NCBI RefSeq assembly: GCF_020745735.1
Contig: NC_083425.1
Location: 35,451,575-35,515,574 of the forward strand
Reading direction: 5' to 3'
Length of the DNA stretch: 64,000 nt
DNA from: Hemiscyllium ocellatum
Taxonomy: Eukaryota
Part shown: piece by piece, positions 1 to 12,283 of the stretch
Layout: every line of letters begins with the position of its first letter
Numbering within the stretch: position 1 is the first letter of the stretch
Made by a program: the position numbers and the translations under genes
Notes under the pieces: generated by a model
What the model saw: the letters and a program-made list of their open reading frames with translations, nothing else
What the model was told of the DNA's origin: nothing
Databases searched by the model: none

Positions 1-67
1 AGAAACATGGGGTAATTCTTATTAACAAAATGTATGCGCTCTGCAAAGCAGTCACCTAATCTATGCC

Positions 68-510
68 CATGGAAGGTTTTTTTTGCTAGACTGCCTGTTT
101 CTAGCCATTTTTTAGTCATGCATGGTACTGCTTTTGCCTTAGTTTGGCCCTTTGCCCTTAGGTGGCCTTAGTTATGAGAAATTCTGCTTTTCCCACATAA
201 CTCATGAACTGCTTATCTGTCGACATATGCTAATCAGCGTGCGAATGCAATGTGCGTTGATTCAAGGACTGTTGAACAATAACTCATTGATGTATAGCTT
301 TGGCAAGACCTCAGTTTTGTCTGGTGTATGTTCACATAGGCCACCTAGCAACTATCTTGTGATTCTGTGGCTGATTGAACTGTCAGCTCACCGTTTTATA
401 TAAACCGTTGTATTCTGTAGTGTTTTGAAGTTACACCAATCCATTTCTTATGGACAGGTGTGCTTCTCATGGTGCCATGTAATAAATTTTGTCTGAGTTT
501 GGAGAATTTC
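68..510 (+). repeat. ERV 5' LTR
   Basis: Aligns by eye with 11063-11500 (roughly 10-15% mismatch in two counted blocks, plus indels); TATA-like TATATAAA near 397-404; AATAAA 481-486. Confidence 0.88.
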
Positions 511-528
511 TGGCATTAGTCAGCAGGA
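511..528 (+). promoter_or_regulatory. Primer binding site, tRNA-Ser-like
   Basis: TGGCATTAGTCAGCAGGA immediately after the LTR resembles TGGCGTAGTCGGCAGGA, the complement of the tRNA-Ser(AGA/TGA) 3' end, with CpG-type decay. Confidence 0.75.
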
Positions 529-769
529 GCCCTTATTTACAGGATCCTGAGTCAACCTAAAGTATTCTTTTCATAAAGCAGCTGGCCGCGTGATCCTAAC
601 CTCAGTCGACAGGCTGATCCCAAGTTAGAGAAAGACACTGAGCCAAGACAGGACAGGAAAGGCCGCTGCCGTAGGACAGAAATCATTTTAAGATGACGTT
701 GAGGGATTGACAATGATGCCAGTGTTTGTATTGTTTGTCTTTGTGTGTTCTTTAAAATTCATTTCTCCA

Positions 770-1270
770 CAGATCATAGATCCACGCTTCGAAACTAAGG
801 AAGTAACGATGGAGTCAATGACTTCGAAAATGTAGGAAAGATAGGCTGGACCTGGGGATAAGTAAATCATGTCCCACTGACAAGGATGGCCCACGTCCAT
901 TTCTCTCCTTGAAAAAAGACACAGAAACGCCACGGGAAAAATGTTTGATGCAAAAGTAAGGTAGGAGACCCTACTGGTTGCCAGTCAGAAATAACTTAAG
1001 GAAGTACTTAATTGGGCTATGAAGGCAGAAAATAACCAAAGGATTATTAAGGAACTAGCTGCAGTTGTTGCAGGGAATACACATAGACAGACTTACAGCA
1101 GATAAATGTAAAGTAGTTGCAAAAGGCCATCAACCCCCTAAAAATAAAGATCACAGTCAGCCACCCGACAACCTTTTATCCTCTCGGTCTCCACCTTCTG
1201 CCCCACCAGCCTATGTCCTTCAGTATCCTAAAGTTGACTCAAAAGGTTTCCAGACCACACAGAAGTTTCA
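770..1270 (+). pseudogene. ERV gag remnant with late-domain motifs
   Basis: Position after PBS/leader; PPSAPPAY (overlapping PSAP and PPxY) in ORF 1065-1274. Confidence 0.55.
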
Positions 1271-1539
1271 TTAACCTCTGTTTTAGCTTAGGAACCACCA
1301 TGTATTGTATAAAAGCAGAACAGTTTACAGCCCTCATATCTGTCAAGCCATACATTTCACATGAGTCATAAACAGATAAGCAGGGCAATTAAGAGGACAT
1401 TAATATTGAATAGAGGTAGCAGCCCAAAACCCAGCTGCAGCATTCAGTCTGTGCAGACAGACACATTTTAAAATTTATGGTACATCATTGTTTCAGCAAA
1501 ACTTTTAACTATTGCTTCCTCCTGAGGAGAACTTCCCAA

Positions 1540-3565
1540 CAGGAGCAGTTGTTGCGAGTGACGCATAAATTTGTTCCTCTGAGACAGGCAAGAAGGGGTA
1601 AGAGTAAAGAGCCTTGGATGACAAGAACAGAGGAGCTTCTCATCAAAAGGGTGAAAGCAGCTTAGGTAAGGTGGAAGAAGCAAGAATCTAGCACAGCTTT
1701 AGAGGTTTACAGGCTTACTAGAAAAGGGCTCAAAAATGGGTTAAAGAGAGCCAAGAGGGGGCAAAAAAAGGCTTGGCGGGAAGGATTAGGGAGAGCCCAA
1801 AGGCATTTTACTCATACGTGAGAAATAAAAGAATGATCAGGGAGAAGGTATAGCCGGTCAGGGATAGCGTAGTGAACTTGTGCGTGGAGTCTGAGCAGAT
1901 AGGGGAAGCCCTAAATGAGTTTTTTTGCCTCAGTTTTTCACTAAGGAAAGGGACCTTATTGTGAATTAGAACTTTGAGGAGCCAGGAAACTGGCTTGAAC
2001 AGATCGAGATTGAGGAAGTTCATGTGCTGGAAATTTTGGCAAACATTAAGAGTATTAAGTCCCCAGGGCCAGACCAGTTTTATCCTAGGTTGCTTTGGGA
2101 AGCAAAAAAGGAGATAGCTAAGCCACTGGCAAAGATCTTTGCTTCCTCACTCTCCACGGGAGTCGTACCAGAGGACTGGAGGGAGGCGAATGTTGTTCCT
2201 CTTTTCAAGAAGGGTAATAAGGAAATCCCTGGCAATTACAGATTAGTCAGTCTTACATCTGTGGTCAGCAAGGTTTTGGAAAGAATTCTGAAGGATAGGA
2301 TTTATGACTATTTGGAAAAGGATAGCATGATTAAAAGCAGTCAGCCTGGCTTTGAGAGGGGCAGGTCATGCCTCACAAATCTTATTGAGTTATTTGAGAA
2401 GGTGATGGGACAGGTAGACAAAGGTCCGGCAGTGGATGTGGTGCATATGGATTTCAGCAAGACATTTGATAAGGTTCCCCAAGGTAGGCTCATTCATAAA
2501 GTCAGGAGGTATGGGATAGAGGGAGATTTGGCTCTCTGGATTCAGAATTGGTTGGCGGACAGAAGGCAGAGAGTGGTTGTAGATGGAAAGCATTCTGCTT
2601 GGAGGTCAGTAGCGAGTGATGTCCTGTAGGGCTTCTGATCTTTGTAGTTTTTATAAATGACTCGGATGAAGAGGCGGGTTAGTAAATTTGCTGATGACAC
2701 AAAGGTTCGAGGTGCCGTTGATAGTATCAAGGGCTTTTGCAGACTGCAGCGCAACATAGACAGGATGCAGAGCTCAGCTGAGAAATGGCAGATGGAGTTC
2801 AATCTGGATAAATGTGAAGTGATGCATTTTGGAAGGTCAAACTTCAATGCTGAATGTAAGATTAAAAACAGGATTCTTGGCAGTCTGGAGGAACAGAGGG
2901 ATCTTTGTTTTCAAGTGCACAGATCCCTCAAAGTTGCACCCAAGTGGATAGGGTTGTTAAGAAAGCTTATGGTGTTTTGGCTTTCATTAACAGGGGATTA
3001 AGTTTAAGAGCCGCGAGGTTTTGCTACAGCTCTACAAAACCCTGATGAGACCACACTTGGAATATTGAGTCCAGTTCTGGTCGCCCTATTACAGGAAAGA
3101 TGCGGAGGCTACGGAGAGGGTGCAAAGGATATTTACCAGGATGCTGCCTGGACTAGAGGGCTTGTCTTACAAAGAGAGGTTGACTAAGCTCGGATTTTTC
3201 TCTCTGGAGAGAAGGAGGAAGACGGGTGACCTGATTGAGGTCTACAAGGTAATGAGAGACATGGATCCAGTCGATAGCCAGAGACTTTTCCCCAGAGCAG
3301 GACTGACTGCCACGAGGGGTCATAGTTTTAAGGTGTTAGGAGGAAGGTATAGAGGAGACGTCAGAGGTAGGTTCTATACGTAGAGAGTTGTGAACGGATG
3401 GAACGCATTGCCAGCGGTGGTGGTGGAAGCAGAGTCATGAGGGACATGGACAGCAGTGAATTGAGGGGTGTGTAGTTTAGGTTATTTTAGTTTAGATTAG
3501 GATTAATCCTCAGCACAACATCGTGGATCAAAGGGCCTGTTCTGTGCTGGACTTTTCTATGTTCT
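1540..3565 (+). mobile_element. CR1-clade LINE, 5'-truncated, inserted in the ERV
   Basis: RT motifs KSPGPD, PLFKKG..GNYR.VSLTS, DFSK.FDKV, KFADDTK, WQMEFN; TTCTATG-type tail. Confidence 0.93.
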
Positions 3566-4019
3566 AAGACCACTTTTCCAAAATAACCCTACCTCATTTC
3601 CTCAAGTTTCAATCATTGTTAACTAGGTCTACCCAAGTTTGGGATGTGGAAGGTGTGATGGTGATTGGGTAATATAAAACAACATCACCGATTTTTTGAG
3701 GCAAATGTTTTCATCATGTATGAATGTTTCTCAGCATTTCAATCAGAGGGGCTTTTAATCAGTGTAGGATTGCCATGCCCTACCTGACTGTTTCAAATGA
3801 AGGATACAAATGTATTGGTTTAGTGATTTATATGGTTACATTTTTTTCCGAAGGAATTTCAACCCCTGGATCATGCAGATTGCCTGCTTAGGGCAGGAGA
3901 TTTGTGTACGTTGTTTTCCCTCATCCAAAGATATAACCTTTACTTTGCAGACCCCATCATTCTCCCCCTCCTATGACAGTCCCTTATTGCTCATCATTAT
4001 GGGCATAGCACTCCAATGA

Positions 4020-4747
4020 CACAGATCTAATCCTTTTGGCTCCGCCTCATATGGTCACTGTGAAACATGGGACCATCCTATCCTCTGTTAGACAGTACAA
4101 TATGTCACCAGCTGCCAAAGGTATAAAACCAGTTATTGATTCCCTCCTCCAGCAAGGCATCTTGGTGCCTACCACTAGCATCTGCAACTCCTATCCTTCC
4201 TATTCCTAAGCTAGGAAAACCAGGACCATGGAGATTTGTGCAGGACTTGAGGGCAGTCAATGCCTCTGTTGTTCCCTGCTCCCCAGTGGTGCCTGACACC
4301 AATGCCATCCTTACTAGCCTCTCTGCTGCTGCCACGTGTTTCTTCTGTCATTGACCTCTGCGTGACCTTTTTCTCCATTAAATTGTCACCAGATAGCCAG
4401 TACCTTTTGGCTTTTACTTACAGCGGCCATCAATATACATGGACACGGCTTCCCCAACGGTACACAGACAGCCTCCAGTATATATGCCTGTGCAGTACAC
4501 TGGACCCTGAAAGACCTCCACCTGCCATGTAAAAGCACCTTGGTTCAACATGCTGATGATTTCTTAATGGCCTCCAGTCCACCTGCCTACATGTATGACA
4601 CTGTTGCAATGTTCTGCTGCCTGGCTCAGGATGGACATAAGCTGCATCTGTTGAAAAGATGCAGCTTTGCTAAAAGACAGCACAATATTTGGGCCACAAG
4701 CTTTTGCACTGTCTCAAGACCGCATCGCAGTCATTGTTAAACTCTCT
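4020..4747 (+). pseudogene. ERV pol: reverse transcriptase remnant
   Basis: PILPIPK..WRFVQDLRAVN, VIDL..FFSI.L.PDSQYLLAFTY.G.QYTWTRLPQ, and QHADDFL (decayed YVDD); multiple frameshifts. Confidence 0.9.
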
Positions 4748-5004
4748 CCTTCCTGAATGTTCTTCCCAATTCTTTTATTTGGTGTCGCAGGTGGCCTCTC
4801 ATTAAGCTTACCAAATTGCAGCTTCCCCAGGGAATGGGAGAGGTAGACCTTCCAGATTTTAAGAGATATCAAATAAGCTCCCTATTATCCTTTGTGAACG
4901 ACTGGGCTTGTCAGGATCTGAGGTCAATATGACTGGATATTAAGGCCTCCCAGGCAAAGCGACCCCTTATTAATTTGTTGTTTATGGATAAGATGAGCAC
5001 AATT

Positions 5005-5600
5005 ACGGAGTTGGACAGCACGGAAACAGACCCTTCAGTCCAATTTGTCCATGCTGACCAGATATACCAACCTAATCTAGTCCGATTTGCCAGCACCTGG
5101 TCCATATCCCTCCAAACACTTCCTATTTAAAAACTCATCCGTATGTTTGTTAAACATTGTAATTGTACCAGCCTCCACCACTTCCTCTGGCAGCTCATAC
5201 CATACACGTGAAAAAGTTGCCCCTTAGGTCTCTTTATATCTTTGCCCTAAACCTATGCCGTCTAGTTCTGGACTCCCCATCCCAGGAAAAAGACTTTGTC
5301 TATTTATCCTATCCATGTCCCTCATAATTTTTGTAAACCTCTATAAGGTCACCCTTCAGTCTCTAACGCTCCATGGAAAACAGCCCCAGCTTACTCAACC
5401 TCTCCCTCCAGCTCAAATCCTCCAACCCTGGCAACATCCTTGTAAATCTTTTCTGAATCTTTTCAAATTTTCACAGCATCCTTCCAATAGGAAGGAGACC
5501 AGAATTGCACGTTATATTCCAAAAGTTCCCTAACCAATGTCCTGTACAACTGTAACATGACCTCCCAAATTCCTGTACTCAATACCCTAACCTATAAAGG
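5005..5600 (-). mobile_element. CR1 3' fragment nested in the L1/Tx1 element
   Basis: Reverse complement of the CR1 3' region seen at 10325-10845 and 17081-18083. Confidence 0.9.
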
Positions 5601-5804
5601 AGTGTCATTAATATAGTTAAAGCATGGAGAACAATCAACAAAGCGAGGGCAGTTTATATAAAACCTCCTTTAACACATCTGTAGTAATAATGCCAGGATT
5701 TTGGCCAGAGTTGATTGATTCTGGTTTTAGGTTATGGGTGTCCAGGGGAGTTTCTTGTCTGGGAGACTAATTTTAGGGGCAGGTCATGATGTCCACCTAT
5801 TGCA

Positions 5805-5972
5805 CTCTTAGCTACCTTCTCCACAGCCGCACCCCCCTCCCATTTAGCTCTCCACCCCAAAGGCTCCCAGCCTCATTCCCTATGAAAGGCGCCTGCCTGA
5901 AACATTGATTTTCCTGGTCCTCGGATGCTGCCTGACCTCCTGTGCTTTTCCAGCACCACTCTAATCTTGACT
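5805..5972 (+). mobile_element. Penelope/Neptune 3' end (pseudo-LTR) fragment
   Basis: Matches the 3' end of the element at 40045-42391 (GGATGCTGCCTGACC..GCTTTTCCAGCACCACT). Confidence 0.75.
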
Positions 5973-6922
5973 ATGTTCTTTGATCAGTTTAACTGCAAAT
6001 ATCAATTACCCAGCAGGGATCTCTTTCATTAAATTCAGATCAGGGACTTTATCCAGAAAATGACCACACTGCTGGTTGATCCTAAAAGGTCTCATATAGA
6101 GAGGAGTGTTTTAGATGACTGGTACTCTCCCGATTAGCATCTTCAACCATTTACTGGGAGGTGGCGCCTCAAATGATATTGAACGGCTCTGCGGGGTCTG
6201 GGTGCAAGAATTGGGAGTGGAGATCTCAGAGGTATGGAAGGACATTTGGGAGAGGGTGAGAAAGATCTCAATTTATAGTAGAACACAGGCTTAAGGTTCT
6301 TCACAGGGTCTATCTGGTACTCATACCCATTACAACCACAAACTTTTCAAGTATTGGGAGTGCTATAGCAAACGTTTTGGAGGGAGTCCTGAGGGCCGAA
6401 GTCAAGGTAGATCTGGTATCTCTTCTCTTGGGCCTGCCGAATCTGCCTTCTTTAGATGAGCATGGGAAGAAGCTGTTTAATATTCTTAAATATTGTGTGA
6501 GGACGAACATTAATGAGTTGGATCTCGGAAAGTCCTCCAGGTCTGTCGGGACGGTATAGGTTAGTTACGGAACGTGTCCCCCTAGACTTCCTTACAGATA
6601 CGGTGCACCAGAAAACTGAACATTTTTAATAAGACGTGGTGGTCCCTTCTGGACCAAATGCAAACAGACTTGTCAGTTTATTAATTAGGGCCTTTGTTTA
6701 GCCACGAGACCTGGGTCTTATCGGCCGGGTGCTCTGAGAGGCAGAATCCCGAATAAATACAGGTATGCTAACTGATGCCCCCGATGATGGAGAGCTTTGG
6801 TAGGGTTGCGCTGAGTGGCGTAATTTAATTTATTTTGTTTAATTATTTATTGAAAAGTAGTATGAGTAATTATTTTGTTTTGTAAAGTAGAGTAGAAGGT
6901 GGTTTATTGTTATTATTGTTAT

Positions 6923-7602
6923 TGTTATGAAGATGTGGGTGTACTGTACCTTTAAGAGAGTTAAAAGCTAGCAGAACTACCTGACAGCACCAAGTATTGT
7001 CAATAAGGTAATAATCTAACACTAGGTTGAAAGCTAGATTGCCTGGAAACATCAAAACAGATTTGAATTAGGCCAAATTGTCTAAAAGATATCCTAAAAA
7101 ATTACCAAACTCCAATCAAGTTTGAATTTATATGCTGGCTTTTAAGATTGTCAATGACACAATCCAATGTTTTGGGGGTATAAGACCAGGGAAAATTAAA
7201 CAGTTGAGGGGAGAACTGCCATGCCACCAGCATAGTGAGACTGCCTGAAAAATAGTTCTCTTAATAGCTCTCCATGACCTGTGAAGCATAATCCCTAAGA
7301 AGAAGGAAAGAAAACACAGGAAGTTCCAAATAAAAGATTTGACAACTGGCTGGTTTTAAAAACTTGAATTTTTGGTAAATCTTAATCAAGGTTTTCTCAG
7401 ACTAGTATTGTTGAAGGGGAAGGTAAAAGATAGAGAAATTAATAAATAGTTGTTAGTTAATTATTCTCTGTTATACTTTAAGAAATAAAGTTGTTACTTT
7501 CACTTTAAATAGTCTCGAATTTTCACAGATTAATGCATGGGATAAACCTTTTCTGTGTTGCTGGTTTAAATTAAGCAGGAAGGTTTACCTCATGTTGTAA
7601 CA
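6923..7602 (+). mobile_element. Solo LTR (Gypsy-like)
   Basis: TGTTA...TAACA termini; 4-bp TSD TTAT (6919-6922 and 7603-7606); internal TATAA and AATAAA. Confidence 0.82.
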
Positions 7603-7705
7603 TTATACTCTCAAATTGTTATTTTTCTTGTAATTTTGTAAAGAATCAAAATCTCTCTCAATAAATATCAACTTGCTCTCCTCAACTTCTTAAAAAAAAC
7701 TCTCT

Positions 7706-9535
7706 TCCCACTCCATGGACTGAGGTTTTGTCCTTTTTTTGGGCACAGTGAATTATTGTAGACATTGGATACCAGGCTATCAAGTTATTGATGTGCCTTT
7801 CCGCCAGGCATCCTCGCCAAACCGGCCAACCCAGGTGAACCACATACCTGAAATGGAACACGCCTTTAAGGAACTTAAATGGTATTTAACCTCAGCACCT
7901 GCTCTGGGTATCCCTGACTACATGCAGCCTTTTCAGGTTTATGTTTATGAAAAGGAGGGATATGCAGCCAGAATTCTAACACAAATGCATGGGGACCTCT
8001 GGTGTCCTGTAGCCTTTTACTCTGTACAGTTACCATCTATAAGGGGAATGCCTGTTTATGAGCTGTGGCAGCTGCCCATGCAATGATAGAAAAGTCCACC
8101 CCTATTGTACTTCATTATCCTTGTACAGTTTTCGTTCCTCATTCAGTTTCCCTGCTACTTAATTCCACAGCGACTCAGCATTTTACTGCATCAAAGAGAA
8201 CTCGTTAAGACGTCGTCCTACTTTCTCACACTAATCTTCAGCTTCACTGCAACCCCACTTTAAAGCCCATCACCCTCCTCCCTGTTATACAGGATTCCCC
8301 AGCAAAGGACCATGATTGTCTGCATGTAGTCCAAGAGATTGTCACGCCATGCCCCGACCTCTCTGAAACTCTGTTATAGAACCCAGACATGATCCTTTCA
8401 CAGACAGCTCCTTTTTTCAGCCCTCAGATCACCTCATGCTAGCTGGCCACACGATATGCACATCTCTTGAAATGGATGAATCCACTGCGCTGCTGGAAGG
8501 AACTTCTGTGCAGGCAGCCAAATTGTTTGCCCTGACCGGAGCTTGTATCCTTGCTGACAAAAAGTCTGTTAACATTTACACCAACTCCAAACATGCCTTT
8601 GGAAGGGTACACAAGTTTGGAACCTTGTGGAAACAGAGGATTTGTTACCTCTTTTGGAAGGCCCCTGCAGCATGCCCTGCTTATCAACAATCTTTTACAG
8701 GCTGTTATGCTCCCCTCCACCATAGCTGTGATAAAGTGCGCCGCGCATGCCATCACTGACAACCCAATCGCCTGAGGAAATGCTTGTACTGACCAAGCTG
8801 CTAGACAAGCAGCATTAGCTTCCACTGTATGGGTACTACAAGCTCCAAAGGCAGAGGAAGCAACAAAGATCTTTAATTCTAGTAGAGGGGATATCGGCAG
8901 CACAGCAACACGCCTCACAAGCCGAGAGCGACAGCTAGGACTTGCATAGGAGCTAAGGAATCCTCTTTAGGGCTAATGGTGACCCTGACGAAAGGTTCAT
9001 TTGCCCTAAAGCCTACTTGCATGTTCTTGCACTGGCCGCCCATGGGGTCGGCCATGCAGGAAAAGCAGGGATGATCTATGCAGTATGACAAACTTGGTAC
9101 ACACTGGGCTGTGCAGCAGCAGCACAAGCACAAGATTCAAAATGTCTAATAAGTCTAAAATAATAATGCTAAATCTTTAGCCAAGTATGATCATCGACCA
9201 ATCCCTGACAGACCCTTTAATCATTTACAAATTGATTTCATTCACATGCCAGCTAAGCAGGGTTTTTAAGCACATGTTGGTAATTGTCAATATGTTTTCG
9301 AAATGGGTAGGAGCCTTCCCAACCAGGAAAGACCAGTGACCAAATGTCTCATGAAGAATGTGATCCCTATGTTTTGAATTCCAGGCAGCATTAACAGTGA
9401 CAGAGGCACTCACTTTACCACAGCAGTCACAGACAATGTTAGTAAAGCACGAGATATCGCGTGGAGATACCATATTCCCTATCAGCCCCAGTCCTCAGGC
9501 ATAATGGAACGGATGAATGGTACCCTTAAAATCTG
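7706..9535 (+). pseudogene. ERV pol: RT connection, RNase H and integrase remnant
   Basis: GTVNYCRHWIPGY, LTSAPALGIPDY, PVAFYS, SVQAAKLFALT, VNIYTNSKHAFG, IAVIKCAAH, QIDFIHMP, FSKWVGAFPT, HIPYQPQSSGIMERMNGTLK. Confidence 0.92.
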
Positions 9536-10324
9536 GATGAGCTTTTGAACCAGGAGAAACATTCTTGGAACAGACAGACCTGTTTCTGATTAGCCTGTGA
9601 CTGATGGCAACCAGGTTACCCGAGAGCAGAAATAGGCAAGACGGAACAGCTTTCAAATTACTGACTTTTGGCAGCAACAGTTCATCTGAACTAAATTTAA
9701 ACAAGGAGGATGTTCAGAATAGTGCACTCTTCATTCCTCTGACTGTGAAGATGGTTCTGAAGACAGTGAACTATTTTGCAGTGTGTATATTCGGTTCCAA
9801 AGATCGGGCAGCTTTTAAGTAATGTTGCCATGTAACCCTGTCAGTTATGTACAGAACTACATTTCATTCACTTAACCTGCTCAGCAACATTTTTTTTTCC
9901 TTCTGCAAGCTGAAACCTTCATGGCGGTTGTTGAAACTGACAACCTTAGTTTGCAATTTGCAAAGACTTTGTGTTTAGTGTTAGGTGATATTAGATTCTC
10001 AGCATCAACCTATTTTTATTGTAAAAGGAACTGAGTTGAGCATATACCAATTATGCAGTCCTTTTCTTTATGTGGATGGTGGGTCAAGTTTTTACATCTT
10101 TTGCCAGGACATGTATATGCTTTACTGAAGTCCAGATGTGGGTAAATTTGCAATGGAAAAGGGATTAATCAATTTCACAAAGCATGATTTGTCAAATATT
10201 TAATTTTTTAATTGATCAGTTAGCAATATTTCAGTATGCTGGCATTCGATCAGCCAATATTAGATGATCTGGCAAGATCACAAGGTCCCAATGCTTGGCT
10301 AAACTATGTTATCCAGCATTTGAT

Positions 10325-10845
10325 TATCTGGAAAAATGTTGTGAAACGTGAAAGGGTTCAGAAATGATTTACAAGGATGTTGCCAGGGTTGGAGGATTTG
10401 AGTTATAGGGAGAGGCTGAACCAGTTGGTGCTGTTTTCCCTGGAGCATCAGAGGTTGAGGGGTGACCTTATAGAGGTTTACAAAATTACGAGGGGCGTGG
10501 ATAAGGTAAATAGGCAAAGTCTTTTCCCTGGGGTCGGGGAGTCCAGAACTAGAGGGCATAGGTTTAGGGTGAGAGGGGAAAGATATAAAAGAGACCTAAG
10601 GGGCAACTTTTTCACACACAGGGTGGTACGTGTATGGAATGAGCAGCCAGAGGAAGTGGTGGAGGCTGGTACAATTGCAACATTTAAGAGGCATTTGGAT
10701 GGGTATATGAATAGGAAGGGTTTGGCAGGATTTGGGCCAGGTGCTGGCAGGTGGGATTAGATTGGGTTGGGATATCTGGTCGGCATGGACGGGTTGAACC
10801 GAAGGGCCTGTTTCCATGCTGTACATCTCTATAACTCTATGACAG
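10325..10845 (+). mobile_element. CR1 3' fragment
   Basis: RMLPGLEDLSYRERL...RGDLIEVYK...TRGH; CTCTATGA tail. Confidence 0.92.
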
Positions 10846-11049
10846 TGTTACGCACACTTTCGCTCGCTATTACTACCTTCAGTCCCATTAACTTCCCAGT
10901 TGGTTAAGATTCCCCTTGCGGAAATCCCTTACCCGAATACTGAGGAGTACCCTTTTGGTTCTGAGCCTCCACCACCGGATACTCCCCCAGGTTCCAGCTA
11001 CAATCCCCCTTTTGCAGATAATTCTGACCTGCTGTTTGATCTTATGATC

Positions 11050-11062
11050 AAAAAGGAAGGGT
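11050..11062 (+). promoter_or_regulatory. ERV polypurine tract
   Basis: AAAAAGGAAGGG directly before the TG start of the 3' LTR. Confidence 0.7.
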
Positions 11063-11507
11063 TGTGGAAGTTTTTTTTGCTGGACTGCTTGTTTGCAGCC
11101 ATGCTTTAATCAGTCATGGTACTGCATTTGCCTTGGTTTTGCCCATTGCCCTAAGATAGCCTTAGCTCTGAGAAACTCTTCTTTTCCCACATAACTCATG
11201 AACTGTTTATCTGTAAACACATGCTAATCAGCATGCGAATGTAGTGTGCATCGTTTCAAGGCCTGTTGAACAATAGCTCATTAATGAATAACTTTGGCAA
11301 GCCCTTAGCCATCAGCATCTATCTTGTGGTTCTGTGACTGATTGAGCAACTGTTAGCTCACCATTTTATGCACTATATCAATCCTCGTATTCTATAACAT
11401 TTTGAAGTTACACCAATCTGTTATTTATGGACAGGTGTGCTTCCCATGGTACCACGTAATAAACTTTATCAATGCTTAAGGTCTGAGTCTGGAGAATTTC
11501 TTCAACA
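11063..11507 (+). repeat. ERV 3' LTR
   Basis: TG...CA termini, AATAAA 11458-11463, homologous to 68-510. Confidence 0.88.
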
Positions 11508-12143
11508 ACATTTCATCTCCCCAGCGTATAGTAGACCACGGAGAGCAGGGAATACTGTAGACTAGACTGAATAAAGAGCTGCCAAATTGCAGCATCACTT
11601 GGAAGGTGTGTCTGAAGTCTTGGATAGCAAGGAGGGAGGAGTTAAATGGGCAAGTGTTATGGTTGCATGAGCAAGTGCAGTGGGGCAACGGAGGAGGAGT
11701 GGACCAGGCTGTACCAGAGGGAACAGTCCCTATGAAATGATAACAAGGGAGGGGAATGCATATGTAGTGGTGACCCCTCACTGGAGGTGGCTCAGCACAC
11801 AAGCCCCAATATCTACTAACAGCATAAATACCACCTTTTCTTAGCAACGATCAGTCATTGAAATTGAAATGTGAACTACCCTGTCTCACCACAGATCCTG
11901 GCATACGTGCTGAGTTTCTTCAGCATTCTGAGTTTTTGTTTCAGATCTCAATGTTGGTTGAAGGATAAATGTTGGCCATAGTGACAGGGAAAACTTTTCT
12001 GTTCCATCAGTAATATCCTAGGATCTTTCACAGCCTGAGAGCACAAATTGTGCCACCAAAACCCTCAGTCCTGAAGGGAGCGTCAACAGTTCAACGTTTC
12101 CAACCCCAGCCAACTTTCTTGAGAACAAAAGAATACCACATAC

Positions 12144-12283
12144 CATCAGCTGCCCTGCAATACAAGCCTGTCTTCTCCTCCAGGTCACACTATGAGGAAT
12201 AGTCTGATTTTCTATTATACACTTAACCTCCATTGTCTGTAGAGTGCTCAGCAGTTGTCCACCACCATCTATCTGAAGCAGTC
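12144..12283 (-). CDS. EME1: Crossover junction endonuclease EME1, coding exon 2
   Basis: (G)[38 protein letters not shown] matches vertebrate EME1 LLQMEGGGQLLGALQTME..VTWRRR; ttacacag acceptor, gtatgt donor; phase fits the previous exon. Confidence 0.93.

Larger units (their letters stand above)
4748..7699 (+). mobile_element. L1/Tx1-clade LINE 3' fragment interrupting ERV pol, itself carrying nested elements
   Basis: ORF2 C-terminal-like PLIKLTKLQLPQGMGEVDLPDFKRY, WKDIWERVRKIS, LKVLHRVYL; AATAAA plus A-tail; TSD AAACTCTCT at 4739-4747 and 7697-7705. Confidence 0.75.
68..11507 (+). mobile_element. Degenerate two-LTR class I (epsilon/gamma-like) endogenous retrovirus in an EME1 intron, antisense to EME1, with nested insertions
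   Basis: Paired LTRs (68-510 and 11063-11507), PBS after the 5' LTR, PPT before the 3' LTR, and gag, RT, RNase H and IN remnants in retroviral order. Confidence 0.88.

Noticed and set aside
1-12143. Further EME1 exons (nuclease-like domain)
   Set aside because: I found no matching minus-strand exon; the next exon probably lies left of the window
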